Positions 6,301 to 12,774 are shown, numbered from the stretch's first letter. The stretch: DNA of 17,645 bases from an uncultured Clostridia bacterium (GCA_937886445.1 CALGBY010000004.1:1-17645), one strand, 5' to 3'. The notes: a model not told the origin generated them from the letters alone. Numbers and translations: made by a program.

Positions 6301-6820
6301 TATCCGCCCGGTCTGAGCGGGGGATGCCCGCGTTTTCCGGGGTGATCCTGGCGGCGCGGAAGGTGTGCGCCAGGCCCTCCTCCGCCGGGGCGTAGCGTTC
6401 CTGACCGCGCGGTGCTTCCGCGGAAGGATCGCTTCCCACGGAGGTGAAGCGGCGCGTCATGCCGGCCTCTTCGCTTTCGCTGTACGCGTTTGAGGCGGGA
6501 GCGGGCTGCCTGCCCTGCGCGGCGGGTATATCCGCCACCGGGATCACGGCGGTCTTGTATTTGTCCTGCACATTATCCGAAAACACCGCTGCGGGATCCT
6601 CCTCCTCATAGCGGCCCATGTTCTGCAGCTTTTCCCGGAGAGACGCGGAACGCGCGGAACCGTCCGCGCTCTCCGCTTCGGGAGGCGTTACGGAGGATAC
6701 CGAAGAGCGCGGAAGGATCAGCCTTTCAGGGCGCGTATCCTTTACGGGCTTGAGCAGCTGTTCTGTTTCTTTTGTAAACCCCTTTACGGGTGTATCGTTA
6801 TCATGATTGCCGGTGCTCAA
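3389..6820 (-). CDS. Large single-pass membrane protein: disordered cytoplasmic N-region, TM helix, two Ig-like repeats, Pro/Thr linker, C-terminal PQQ/BamB-like beta-propeller
   Basis: The frame is open over 3389..6850. I prefer TTG at 6818..6820 as the start (GAGGAGG 8 nt upstream), because the track start at 6850 lies inside or upstream of the predicted -10/TSS. The TM helix is MILVTLVLVVLAFSALCLIG (nt ~6020..6079). The PT linker is at nt ~4955..5185. The C-terminal ~450 aa carry repeated blade-like motifs (GKVYFLDLNDG, GLIYTVDL, GILRCVDTDTMTSVWAL, GREVWSYE, GRPVWQKEL, GVLHLLDGKTG). Confidence 0.85.
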   Translation of the reverse strand: MSTGNHDNDTPVKGFTKETEQLLKPVKDTRPERLILPRSSVSSVTPPEAESADGSARSASLREKLQNMGRYEEEDPAAVFSDNVQDKYKTAVIPVADIPAAQGRQPAPASNAYSESEEAGMTRRFTSVGSDPSAEAPRGQERYAPAEEGLAHTFRAARITPENAGIPRSDRADTDDARVYRGRSERAAGAGQEGNGYSRSRMEDAEDARVYRGRSERAKTQPPYDRGSREEDASYDYEEGSHPIWPRMILVTLVLVVLAFSALCLIGKGEKKGSMLNDLYTRTKNTLLAPLGLADEEPLSSPAVPYASAQPVPPVMTPVPGANAALLYTDENSAIISVNTEDRSDELVAATPCELNVYVYATSEAEEIRLYFDNDTFAASRNECQNPDESQRLWKCVVPSFTQPYDGCLYAGYRAGAQWYRSPECVHITVSAAPPVTPVPAVKAESVSLLPGTVTPLETGRDISVRVVTSTDVRQVTLSDWEGTPLNMSDDKVIKQENGKLIWTCVIRFDEPYEGNIYVSCLNDRGEWEDTDTALLLSVTEPAADVIITPQSTQSAVRTPVPNRTAEPSATPFRVTPEPATPTPEPERITMPPTATPSPSPTPVPTAEPTPTPVPTPTPMPLLSVKRAEEADPVSIKLNEEVYRGSKRLTDYNREESLCAPDPDKYSFTNGGVFTFRGDNFRRNAAYGTAEITEGRMEILWSTPLGSLKTADSTVYGVGFGSQPAIIKWPGDVRAMMNLTQAKKDTQKLKEVIFAAQDGKVYFLDLNDGSATRSTINLGYPMKSSVSVDAYSLPILSFGQTVSKMPNGKTGKIGYYVYSLIDCSQLLFLNGRSANGQVQYNTNGAFTSSGLFLYDTAPKGGSYDEKLIVAGENGLIYTVDLNTFFDHIDTKTVKLDPEYVYQRSKAGDQKDNRTGIASAPAMYGRYLYTADAHGILRCVDTDTMTSVWALDCGDNISAAVALDWDSKGDLGLYTGNTSYVRLTKKQSVTLRRVDTLSGREVWSYEIACQKDSSAKTSGCAASPVIGQNSIDDLVIFTVNKTGNGKTSAVIALDKFTGRPVWQKELTTTAVSSPVAVYNKAGNAWIIQADESGVLHLLDGKTGSEISSLSLGGQITASPAVYGDILVIGTSDKKTPAMYGIQLK
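4955..5185 (-). repeat. Low-complexity Pro/Thr/Glu linker coding tract (G-run-rich on the + strand)
   Basis: It encodes ...TPEPATPTPEPERITMPPTATPSPSPTPVPTAEPTPTPVPTPTPMP. The + strand shows 11 runs of three or more G within 4964..5032, with the reiterated unit GTGGGCACGGGCGTGGG. Confidence 0.85.
6168..6295 (-). repeat. Internal 35-bp direct repeat (period 93 nt) encoding a duplicated DARVYRGRSERA motif
   Basis: 6168..6202 and 6261..6295 differ at 2 of 35 positions. The peptide repeats at aa 186-197 and 217-228 of the cytoplasmic region (track numbering). Confidence 0.85.
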
Positions 6821-6853
6821 AATGAAAACCCTCCTCAGAAAATTTCCCAATAT

Positions 6854-6882
6854 ATTATATCAGAAAACCGGCAGAGAAACAA
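6854..6882 (-). promoter_or_regulatory. Candidate promoter of the beta-propeller protein gene
   Basis: Minus strand: TTGTTT (6877..6882), a 17-nt spacer, then TATAAT (6854..6859). The -35 is poor. Confidence 0.4.
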
Positions 6883-6964
6883 GTATCAGCGGGGCGCCGG
6901 AACGCGGTTTGCCGGAATACGGATGTAAATTTTGTATTATCGCGCCGCGGCAGGCTGATTTCTC

Positions 6965-6993
6965 TTGCGAACGGCCGTAAAAATCGGTATAAT
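6965..6993 (+). promoter_or_regulatory. Sigma-A-type promoter of the L,D-transpeptidase gene
   Basis: TTGCGA (6965..6970), a 17-nt spacer, then TATAAT (6988..6993). RBS GGAGG at 7039..7043 lies 6 nt before the ATG at 7050. Confidence 0.6.
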
Positions 6994-7049
6994 GTGAAGG
7001 CCGGACAGCGAAAACCGGCGCTGCTGTAAATGTCAGCCGGAGGAATGGT

Positions 7050-8915
7050 ATGCGCGCTTCTGAAAAACATTGCTTTTTCTTTTTGATCATTGCGGTGCTG
7101 ATGACATCGCTGATTTTTTATGCGGGCGCTTTTGCGGAACAGGCCGCGGCCTTCGTATCCGCGCCGGATACGGTGCGCCCCGGAAAAACGGAGCGGTATG
7201 TGATCTCACTGCCTGAAAACGGCAGCTGGGAGTGCATTCTTGAGGATGCCTCGGGGCGCAGCCTGGGCAGCATCTGCCGGGAAACGGGCGTAGCCGGGGA
7301 AAACGCCTTCCTCTGGGACGGCCTGCTTGAGGACGGCAGCGAGCCCGCGCCGGGAGAGTATTCAGTCAAAACGGTGTGGAACGGAACAGAATCCGAAATG
7401 CGGATCACGGTGGGCGAGCCCGCGCCGCGCCTGACGGGCGTTCAGGCGGAGGCGGACGCGGAGACCGGCACGGTGACGGTGACGGCGGACTGCTCCTGCA
7501 GCGGCACCTTTTTTGCCGCCGCCGATACCGATGAGGGCACGGTGACCGTAATGGAAAAGCCGGCGCTCAAGGGCGAAAACGCTTTTGTGTGGAACGGCAC
7601 GGTAAACGGAAGGCGCATCGCCGCGGGAGAAAATCATCTGCGGCTGTGGCTGGAGGATGACACCGGCTATGCCGGCACAAAGCAGAACATCACCTTTGAA
7701 TATCCGCTTTTGCCGGATCTGCCTGATGAAACGGAGGACGGAGAGAACACCGTAACCGACGGAGAAGCCGAAGCAGATACGGATGAAGCCGTGCAGACCG
7801 CCGAAGAAGCGGGGGAGACAGCCGGGGAGACCGGTGAGGACAGCGAAGAGGACGCGCCGGACCCTGACGACCATACGGTGATCCCGAGCAAAGTGACCAC
7901 GGCGGAGGATGAATTCAGCTACTGGACGCTGCCCATCGGCGTGCTGGATGAGGAAAAGATCTGGGAAGTGATGATGCAGCCCATGACGGTGATCGACGGC
8001 GGGCAGAAGGATACCTACAAGCTGCGCGCGACGCCCGATTCCTCCACAAAAAAGAGCAATATCGTGGGCGAGATCACCTGCGCTTCCCAGGGCGTGCATG
8101 TACTGGAAACGCTGGATAACGGCTGGACGCTGATAGAGGCGTACAATTCCTCCTACGGCCCCAAGTGCACCTCCCGCCGCGGCTACGGCGTGACCAACGA
8201 ACTGATTACCGGTTATGTGAAAACGAGCCTGCTCAAGACCTATGACCCGCAGGATTATATGGGGCTTCTGATCGATAAGAAGAACCAGACGATGTACATC
8301 TTTGAGGACGGAAAGATCACGGGCACCCTGCTGGTATCCACCGGTCTCAACAACAAAACACAAAGCTGGAACGAGACCCCCTCCGGAGAATATGTGATGA
8401 TCAGCAAAATGGGCGGCTTTCCCGCCGGCAACCTGTGGTGCGCCTACGGCATGCGTGTGAACGGCGGCTGCGCCATACATGAGGTGCCCTATATCGGCAA
8501 CAAGGATACCCCCGCCGCGAGAAGGGATTATTCCTCCTCGGTGAAACTGTTGGGGCAGAAGGCCAGCCATGGCTGCATCCGCGTGCAGAAGGCTGCGAAC
8601 GAGAGCGGGCAGAACATCAAATGGCTGTGGGATCATATGAAGGTGGGCGTGAAGGTGCTCATCTGGGAGGACAGCGGACGCTTTACCGAATATCCCGATA
8701 ACGATATGCCGCTTTACTATAACCCCACAGGCGGCACGATGTATCATGATGATCAGAACTGCAAGGGCGTTAAGGCCCGCTGGCTGCCGCTGAAGGCGTT
8801 CAGCTACGGTCAGCTGGAGGAGGAGCCCTTTGCCTCGCTTACCCTGTGCCCCACCTGCGGAAAAACGCTGAGAAAGAGCGAGATAGACGCGCTGAACCGC
8901 GAAAACGGGTTCTGA
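7050..8915 (+). CDS. Secreted/anchored multidomain L,D-transpeptidase (YkuD family)
   Basis: 621 aa with an N-terminal hydrophobic signal/anchor (FFFLIIAVLMTSLIFYAGAFA). Two FlgD-Ig-like repeats are present (GENAFLWDGLLEDGSEPAPGEYSV and GENAFVWNGTVNGRRIAAGEN). An acidic linker spans aa ~223-274, followed by an SH3b-like segment (YKLRATPD...GWTLIEAYN). The YkuD catalytic domain has AIHEVP and the hallmark SHGCIRV (aa ~404-541). The C-terminal tail is Cys/His-containing. Confidence 0.9.
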   Translation: MRASEKHCFFFLIIAVLMTSLIFYAGAFAEQAAAFVSAPDTVRPGKTERYVISLPENGSWECILEDASGRSLGSICRETGVAGENAFLWDGLLEDGSEPAPGEYSVKTVWNGTESEMRITVGEPAPRLTGVQAEADAETGTVTVTADCSCSGTFFAAADTDEGTVTVMEKPALKGENAFVWNGTVNGRRIAAGENHLRLWLEDDTGYAGTKQNITFEYPLLPDLPDETEDGENTVTDGEAEADTDEAVQTAEEAGETAGETGEDSEEDAPDPDDHTVIPSKVTTAEDEFSYWTLPIGVLDEEKIWEVMMQPMTVIDGGQKDTYKLRATPDSSTKKSNIVGEITCASQGVHVLETLDNGWTLIEAYNSSYGPKCTSRRGYGVTNELITGYVKTSLLKTYDPQDYMGLLIDKKNQTMYIFEDGKITGTLLVSTGLNNKTQSWNETPSGEYVMISKMGGFPAGNLWCAYGMRVNGGCAIHEVPYIGNKDTPAARRDYSSSVKLLGQKASHGCIRVQKAANESGQNIKWLWDHMKVGVKVLIWEDSGRFTEYPDNDMPLYYNPTGGTMYHDDQNCKGVKARWLPLKAFSYGQLEEEPFASLTLCPTCGKTLRKSEIDALNRENGF

Positions 8916-8937
8916 CAGACAGAATATGCCAAACAAA

Positions 8938-8983
8938 AGAGACCATTGCGGAAGAAAAAGCCTGCAACGGTCTCTATTATTTG
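8938..8983 (+). terminator. Rho-independent terminator of the L,D-transpeptidase gene
   Basis: The stem pairs 8938..8949 with 8964..8975 (7 bp, one A-C mismatch, then 4 bp). The loop is 14 nt and is followed by AUUAUUUGU. Confidence 0.55.
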
Positions 8984-9047
8984 TGACCTGAACATCCTGA
9001 CGGCTTTTGAACAGCCACGCAGACTGCGCGGAAAACCTACGGCTGCA

Positions 9048-9092
9048 TCAAAGCGCCGCGGTACATCGGTCTCCTGCATGCGTACCGGCGGC
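9048..9092 (-). terminator. Candidate terminator hairpin after the flavin reductase gene
   Basis: 10-bp stem with one bulged G (9055..9064 with 9082..9092) and a 17-nt loop. On the minus strand only GCUUUGAUG follows, so the U-tract is weak. It lies about 40 nt after the stop at 9131. Confidence 0.3.
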
Positions 9093-9130
9093 ATAAGCGT
9101 CACCGGGGGGCAGCTGAAAGCCGCCGCGAA

Positions 9131-9730
9131 TCATTTGAGGGCTTTCATGCGGCGCTCGTAAACCTCCTCTGAAGCTACGCTGCAGCCGAAAAAGCCCAGC
9201 GCCTTCCCCAGCTCGTAGTACGCGCCGTGGTTGTAGGCGATCAGCTCCGCCCGGCCGAAATCGATCCTGCCATCCGGGCACATCAGCTCATCGCTTATGC
9301 CCACGCTTACGATCTCGCCCAGAAACATATCATGGCTGCCCAGCTCCGTTACGCTTTTTACCCTGCAGGCAAGGTAAAGCGGCACACCGGAAACGGCGGG
9401 AGCATAGGTGAGGCCCTCGGCCTGCACCGGTTCAAGGCCGCACAGGGAAAACTTGTCACAGTCCCTGCCGCTTTTTACGCCGCACAGGTCCAAGGCCTTC
9501 AGCTGCTTTTTTCCGCACAGGTTGATCACGAACTCGCCGCTGTTTTTGATGATGTCATAGCTGTAGCGCTCCTTGCGTACGGAAATGGAGCACATGGGCG
9601 GCTCGGAGCATACGGTGCCCACCCAGGCCAGCGTGATGATATTGGGGGCAAAGCCCTCCGCGGCACAGGAGACCATCACCGCGGGAACGGGCGCCAGCAG
9701 CGTGCCGGGCTTGATATTGACAAATGCCAT
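9131..9730 (-). CDS. Flavin reductase family protein (FMN-binding split-barrel, Flavin_Reduct type)
   Basis: 199 aa. It contains PVPAVMVSC...NIITLAWVG...SISVRKERYSYDIIKNSGEFVINL...SGRDCDKF...GSHDMFLGEIV, typical of this family and paralogous to the N-domain of the fusion at 1040..2221. RBS GGAGG lies 6 nt upstream. Confidence 0.9.
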   Translation of the reverse strand: MAFVNIKPGTLLAPVPAVMVSCAAEGFAPNIITLAWVGTVCSEPPMCSISVRKERYSYDIIKNSGEFVINLCGKKQLKALDLCGVKSGRDCDKFSLCGLEPVQAEGLTYAPAVSGVPLYLACRVKSVTELGSHDMFLGEIVSVGISDELMCPDGRIDFGRAELIAYNHGAYYELGKALGFFGCSVASEEVYERRMKALK

Positions 9731-9742
9731 GTTGATCCTCCT

Positions 9743-10420
9743 TTACTGTGGTTCCGAAAATGCGCGAAGAATGTAACGGGCCGCCTCCAGCGGGCCGCTT
9801 TCCGTGTGCGCGCCGGTTTCAAGCAGCTGCGCCTCCGTCTGATGCCCGCCCGAGATCAGCACAGGGGTGATCCCCATTGAAAATGCCGTTTCGGCGTCAT
9901 GCTGAGAATCGCCGATCAGGAAGCAGTGCTTCGGGTCCGTCCCGCTGTCCCTGATGTATTTGATGCCGTTTTCCGCCTTGCTTGTGGCATAGATATGATC
10001 CAGCCCGATCACCTTTTGAAAAACGGGGGCGATGGGAAAACGGGAAAGCTGACTGAGCATGTTTTCCGTTTTGCTGGCGGTGAGGATCAGCTGCGGGCAG
10101 CCGGCATCCGCAAGCAGCCGCACCGCCTCCTCTGCTCCCTTTCTGAGCGGGCAGGTATGCTCGCCTGCCATATAGGTGTCCATCCAGAAATGGGCGTCCT
10201 CCTCCCAGTCTTCCTGCTTCAGCCCCAGACGGCGGTAATACAGCTCCACCGGAAAGCAAAAGACGGAGCGGTAATACTCCACGGACTCGATGAGGGGCAG
10301 GCCGCGCTTTTTGAGCAGACGGTTCATCACCGAAATGCCGAATTCGCAGTCATCCAGCAGGGTGCCGTTCCAATCCCAGAATACGGTGGGCACTGTTTTT
10401 CTTATCTCAGGGCAGGTCAT
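9743..10420 (-). CDS. HAD-superfamily hydrolase (subfamily IA-like) with variant motif I
   Basis: 225 aa. Motif I is FWDWNGTLLDD (DxNGT instead of DxDGT). Motif II is LILTAS, motif III is the K in ATSKAENG, and motif IV is LIGDSQHD. RBS AGGAG lies 6 nt upstream. Confidence 0.9.
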   Translation of the reverse strand: MTCPEIRKTVPTVFWDWNGTLLDDCEFGISVMNRLLKKRGLPLIESVEYYRSVFCFPVELYYRRLGLKQEDWEEDAHFWMDTYMAGEHTCPLRKGAEEAVRLLADAGCPQLILTASKTENMLSQLSRFPIAPVFQKVIGLDHIYATSKAENGIKYIRDSGTDPKHCFLIGDSQHDAETAFSMGITPVLISGGHQTEAQLLETGAHTESGPLEAARYILRAFSEPQ

Positions 10421-10442
10421 GCGTTTCTCCTTATTCTGTCAT

Positions 10443-11540
10443 TCATCCGCTGATGAGCCCGCCGTCCTGCACGCTGAGCACACAGGCGGGACGGGCGTTC
10501 ACAAGATCGCTCAGGTCGGTACAGGTAAGCAGCACCTGCGCGCCGCTCACCCGCTCGATCAGCTTGTTTCTCCTTTGGGCGTCCAGCTCGCTCAGCACAT
10601 CGTCCAACAGCAGCAGCGGGCTTTCTCCCTGTACCCGGCACAGCAGGTCAAAGGAGGCCAGACGCAGCGAGAGCGCGGCTGTGCGTATCTGCCCCTGGCT
10701 GCCGAAGGCATCCAGCTCGTTTCCGTTCAGCGTGAGCAGCAGGTTATCCCTGTGGGGGCCCCGGGTGGTGGTCACGCGCCGCAGATCCTCCGCGCGGTTT
10801 TCCTGCAGCAGCCGCAGCAAGGCCTCCGCGGGGTCGTTTTCCTCGGCGGCATGCCCGGTATAGCGCAGGTCCAGCACTTCGTCCTTTTTGCCGGCGATGT
10901 AGGCATAATGCTCCGCCGCGCTTACCCGGAGCGCCGCCGCTGTTTCCCGCCTCAGGCGGATGAGGGGCGCGCCGCATAGCGCCAGCTGCTCGTCCCAGGC
11001 GTCCAGCTGAGCGGGGCTGCCGCCTGCCTGAAGAGCCTTCAGCAATGCGTTGCGCTGGCGCAGGGCGGCGTTGTAATTCTGCAGGGCATAGAAATACGCC
11101 CGCTGCTGCTGCGAAAGCAGCATATCCAGAAAACGGCGCCGTGCCTGGGGGCCGTCCTTGATGATGTACAGATCCTCAGGGCTGAACATCACACAGGTGG
11201 CGTGGCCGATCAGCTCCCCCATGCGGGGAGCAGTCTTTCCGTTTACATAGATGATCTTTTTCTTGCGGGCGTTTTCATACAGGCGTACGCCCACCTGATG
11301 CTCACCGTCCCTGCGCTGCACGCTCAGCTGCACCGCTGCGGTCTCCCTGCCGTGCATGATCATATCGCCGTCGGTGCCGGTGCGGTGGCTCCGCCCGAGG
11401 CAGCACAAATGCACGGCTTCCAGCAGATTGGTCTTGCCGGTGCCGTTTTTGCCCGCCAGCACGGTCACCCCCGGGGGAGGGGTGAGCATTACCTGGCTGT
11501 AGCTGCGAAAATCATGCAGGCGCAGGGAAGTGAGCAGCAT
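10443..11540 (-). CDS. recF: DNA replication and repair protein RecF
   Basis: 365 aa, collinear with canonical RecF: LRLHDFRSY, Walker A GKNGTGKTN, FSPEDLYIIKDGPQARRRFLDM, GPHRDN, signature GSQGQIRTAALSLRLA and Walker B LLLLDDVLSELD. Confidence 0.95.
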   Translation of the reverse strand: MLLTSLRLHDFRSYSQVMLTPPPGVTVLAGKNGTGKTNLLEAVHLCCLGRSHRTGTDGDMIMHGRETAAVQLSVQRRDGEHQVGVRLYENARKKKIIYVNGKTAPRMGELIGHATCVMFSPEDLYIIKDGPQARRRFLDMLLSQQQRAYFYALQNYNAALRQRNALLKALQAGGSPAQLDAWDEQLALCGAPLIRLRRETAAALRVSAAEHYAYIAGKKDEVLDLRYTGHAAEENDPAEALLRLLQENRAEDLRRVTTTRGPHRDNLLLTLNGNELDAFGSQGQIRTAALSLRLASFDLLCRVQGESPLLLLDDVLSELDAQRRNKLIERVSGAQVLLTCTDLSDLVNARPACVLSVQDGGLISG

Positions 11541-11559
11541 AGAGGCGTTTCCTTTGCTA

Positions 11560-12609
11560 TCAGATCAGTGAAAATGCGTATTCGGTAACGGAGGAATAGG
11601 TATCTCCGGCCTTCAGCACGGTGGTGGGGAATTCGGGCTTGTTGGGGCTGTCGGGATAGTGCTGCGTTTCAAGCGCCACGCCGGCGTAGGGGCCGTACTT
11701 CTGCCCGCCGCGGCCGGTGAAATTCAGGCCCTGACCGGTGTACACCTGAATGCCGGGCTCGGTGGTATTGCATTCCATGCGGATGCCGCTGTCCCTGCTT
11801 TCAAGCACGGCGGCCTTGTGCATCCCCTCGGTCTCCCGCAGGCAGAAGTTGCAGTCAAAGCCGTTCACATCATCGATGTAATGGCAGGAGGCGCGCTTGC
11901 TGATGCATACGCCGATCTCCTCGCCTTTGGTCACATCCAGAGCGGTGCCGTGGATATCAAAATACTTTCCGGTGGGGATCAGGCCGTCATCCACATCGGT
12001 GATCTTATCCGCGAATACCGTGAGGCGGTGGGAAAGGATATCGCCGGTCTCGTTGAGGTTGAAATAGGAATGGTTGGTCAGGTTGACCACGGTGTCCTTA
12101 TCGCTCTGCGCGAGGTAGCGGATGGTGATCTTGTTATTGTTGTCAAAGGCATAGGAGACCTGCACCTTCATCTTGCCGGGGAAGCCCTCCTCCATATCGT
12201 GGGATACATAGGTGAGCAGCAGCACATCCTCATTTTCGCTTTCAAGCGTTTCGCCCTTCCACCATTTCTTGTCAAAGCCTTCTCTTCCGCCGTGAAGGGT
12301 GTTTTTGCCGTTGTTGGCAAACAGCGTGTATTCCGTGCCGTTCAGGGTGAAGCGGGCGTTGCCGATACGGTTGCCGAAGCGGCCGATGGTGGCGCCGATG
12401 GAGCCGTTGGGGATCTCATAATCGTGCAGGGTGTCAAAGCCCAGGCATACCTCGCGCATTTTTCCGTTCTGATCCGGAACGCGCACGCTTACCAGATGCG
12501 CGCCGAAATCCAGCACGCTGATGGAAGCGCCGGTCTTGTTGGTGAGGGTGTAGAGGGTCATGTCGCGGCCGATGATGTCGGTGCCGAAGCGGCGGGAGGT
12601 AATACTCAT
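11560..12609 (-). CDS. galM: Aldose 1-epimerase (galactose mutarotase)
   Basis: The family pattern is GATIGRFGNRIGNARFTLNGTEYTLFANNGKNTLHGG...DMEEGFPG...NLTNHSYFNL...GVALETQHYPDSPN. I chose the start at MSITS (ATG 12607..12609, RBS AGGAAG 9 nt upstream). The 404-aa track ORF start at 12774 would overlap the predicted -35. Confidence 0.9.
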   Translation of the reverse strand: MSITSRRFGTDIIGRDMTLYTLTNKTGASISVLDFGAHLVSVRVPDQNGKMREVCLGFDTLHDYEIPNGSIGATIGRFGNRIGNARFTLNGTEYTLFANNGKNTLHGGREGFDKKWWKGETLESENEDVLLLTYVSHDMEEGFPGKMKVQVSYAFDNNNKITIRYLAQSDKDTVVNLTNHSYFNLNETGDILSHRLTVFADKITDVDDGLIPTGKYFDIHGTALDVTKGEEIGVCISKRASCHYIDDVNGFDCNFCLRETEGMHKAAVLESRDSGIRMECNTTEPGIQVYTGQGLNFTGRGGQKYGPYAGVALETQHYPDSPNKPEFPTTVLKAGDTYSSVTEYAFSLI

Positions 12610-12745
12610 GGTGTCATGCTTCCTTTCTTTATCTGTTACGGATCTTTGCCTTGTCTGAGAAGCCGTGAGGCACCCTGCTGCGCGGAAAAGGTGGTTTTCC
12701 GGCGGCCCCGGGGCAGCCCCGCGGGATAAAAAATACTTCATATGG

Positions 12746-12774
12746 ATTATAGCAGAACGCGCCCGCGTTTTCAA
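12746..12774 (-). promoter_or_regulatory. Sigma-A-type promoter of the galM-recF-HAD-flavin reductase cluster
   Basis: Minus strand: TTGAAA (12769..12774), a 17-nt spacer, then TATAAT (12746..12751). This implies a ~130-nt GC-rich leader before the galM ATG. Confidence 0.55.

Noticed and set aside
6821-6850. Track start (TTG at 6850) of the 1153-aa ORF
   Set aside because: It has no RBS and lies only 4 nt downstream of the predicted -10 TATAAT (6854..6859), upstream of the expected TSS. The TTG at 6820 has GAGGAGG at optimal spacing. The true start remains unverified.
7362-8936. 524-aa minus-strand ORF opposite the L,D-transpeptidase gene
   Set aside because: It has no motifs, has an Ala/Gly/Arg/His-rich composition and extends into the ldt terminator. 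The plus-strand frame carries unambiguous YkuD catalytic motifs.
10443-11540. Whether the RecF-like ATPase could be the ABC/SMC-type ATPase of a defence system (Gabija, Septu or OLD-like) with HAD and flavin reductase partners
   Set aside because: The protein is collinear with canonical RecF along its full length (FRSY, Walker A, PEDL..RRRFLD, GPHRD, SQGQ signature, LLLDDV..ELD) and is of typical size (365 aa). No nuclease, TOPRIM or helicase partner is present.
12739-12741. Leaderless translation of an N-terminally extended GalM from the in-frame ATG that sits almost at the predicted TSS
   Set aside because: The ATG would lie at about -2 to +1 relative to the usual TSS distance. The 44 extra residues look like translated GC-rich noise. 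The downstream ATG at 12609 has a proper RBS and gives a normal-length mutarotase.
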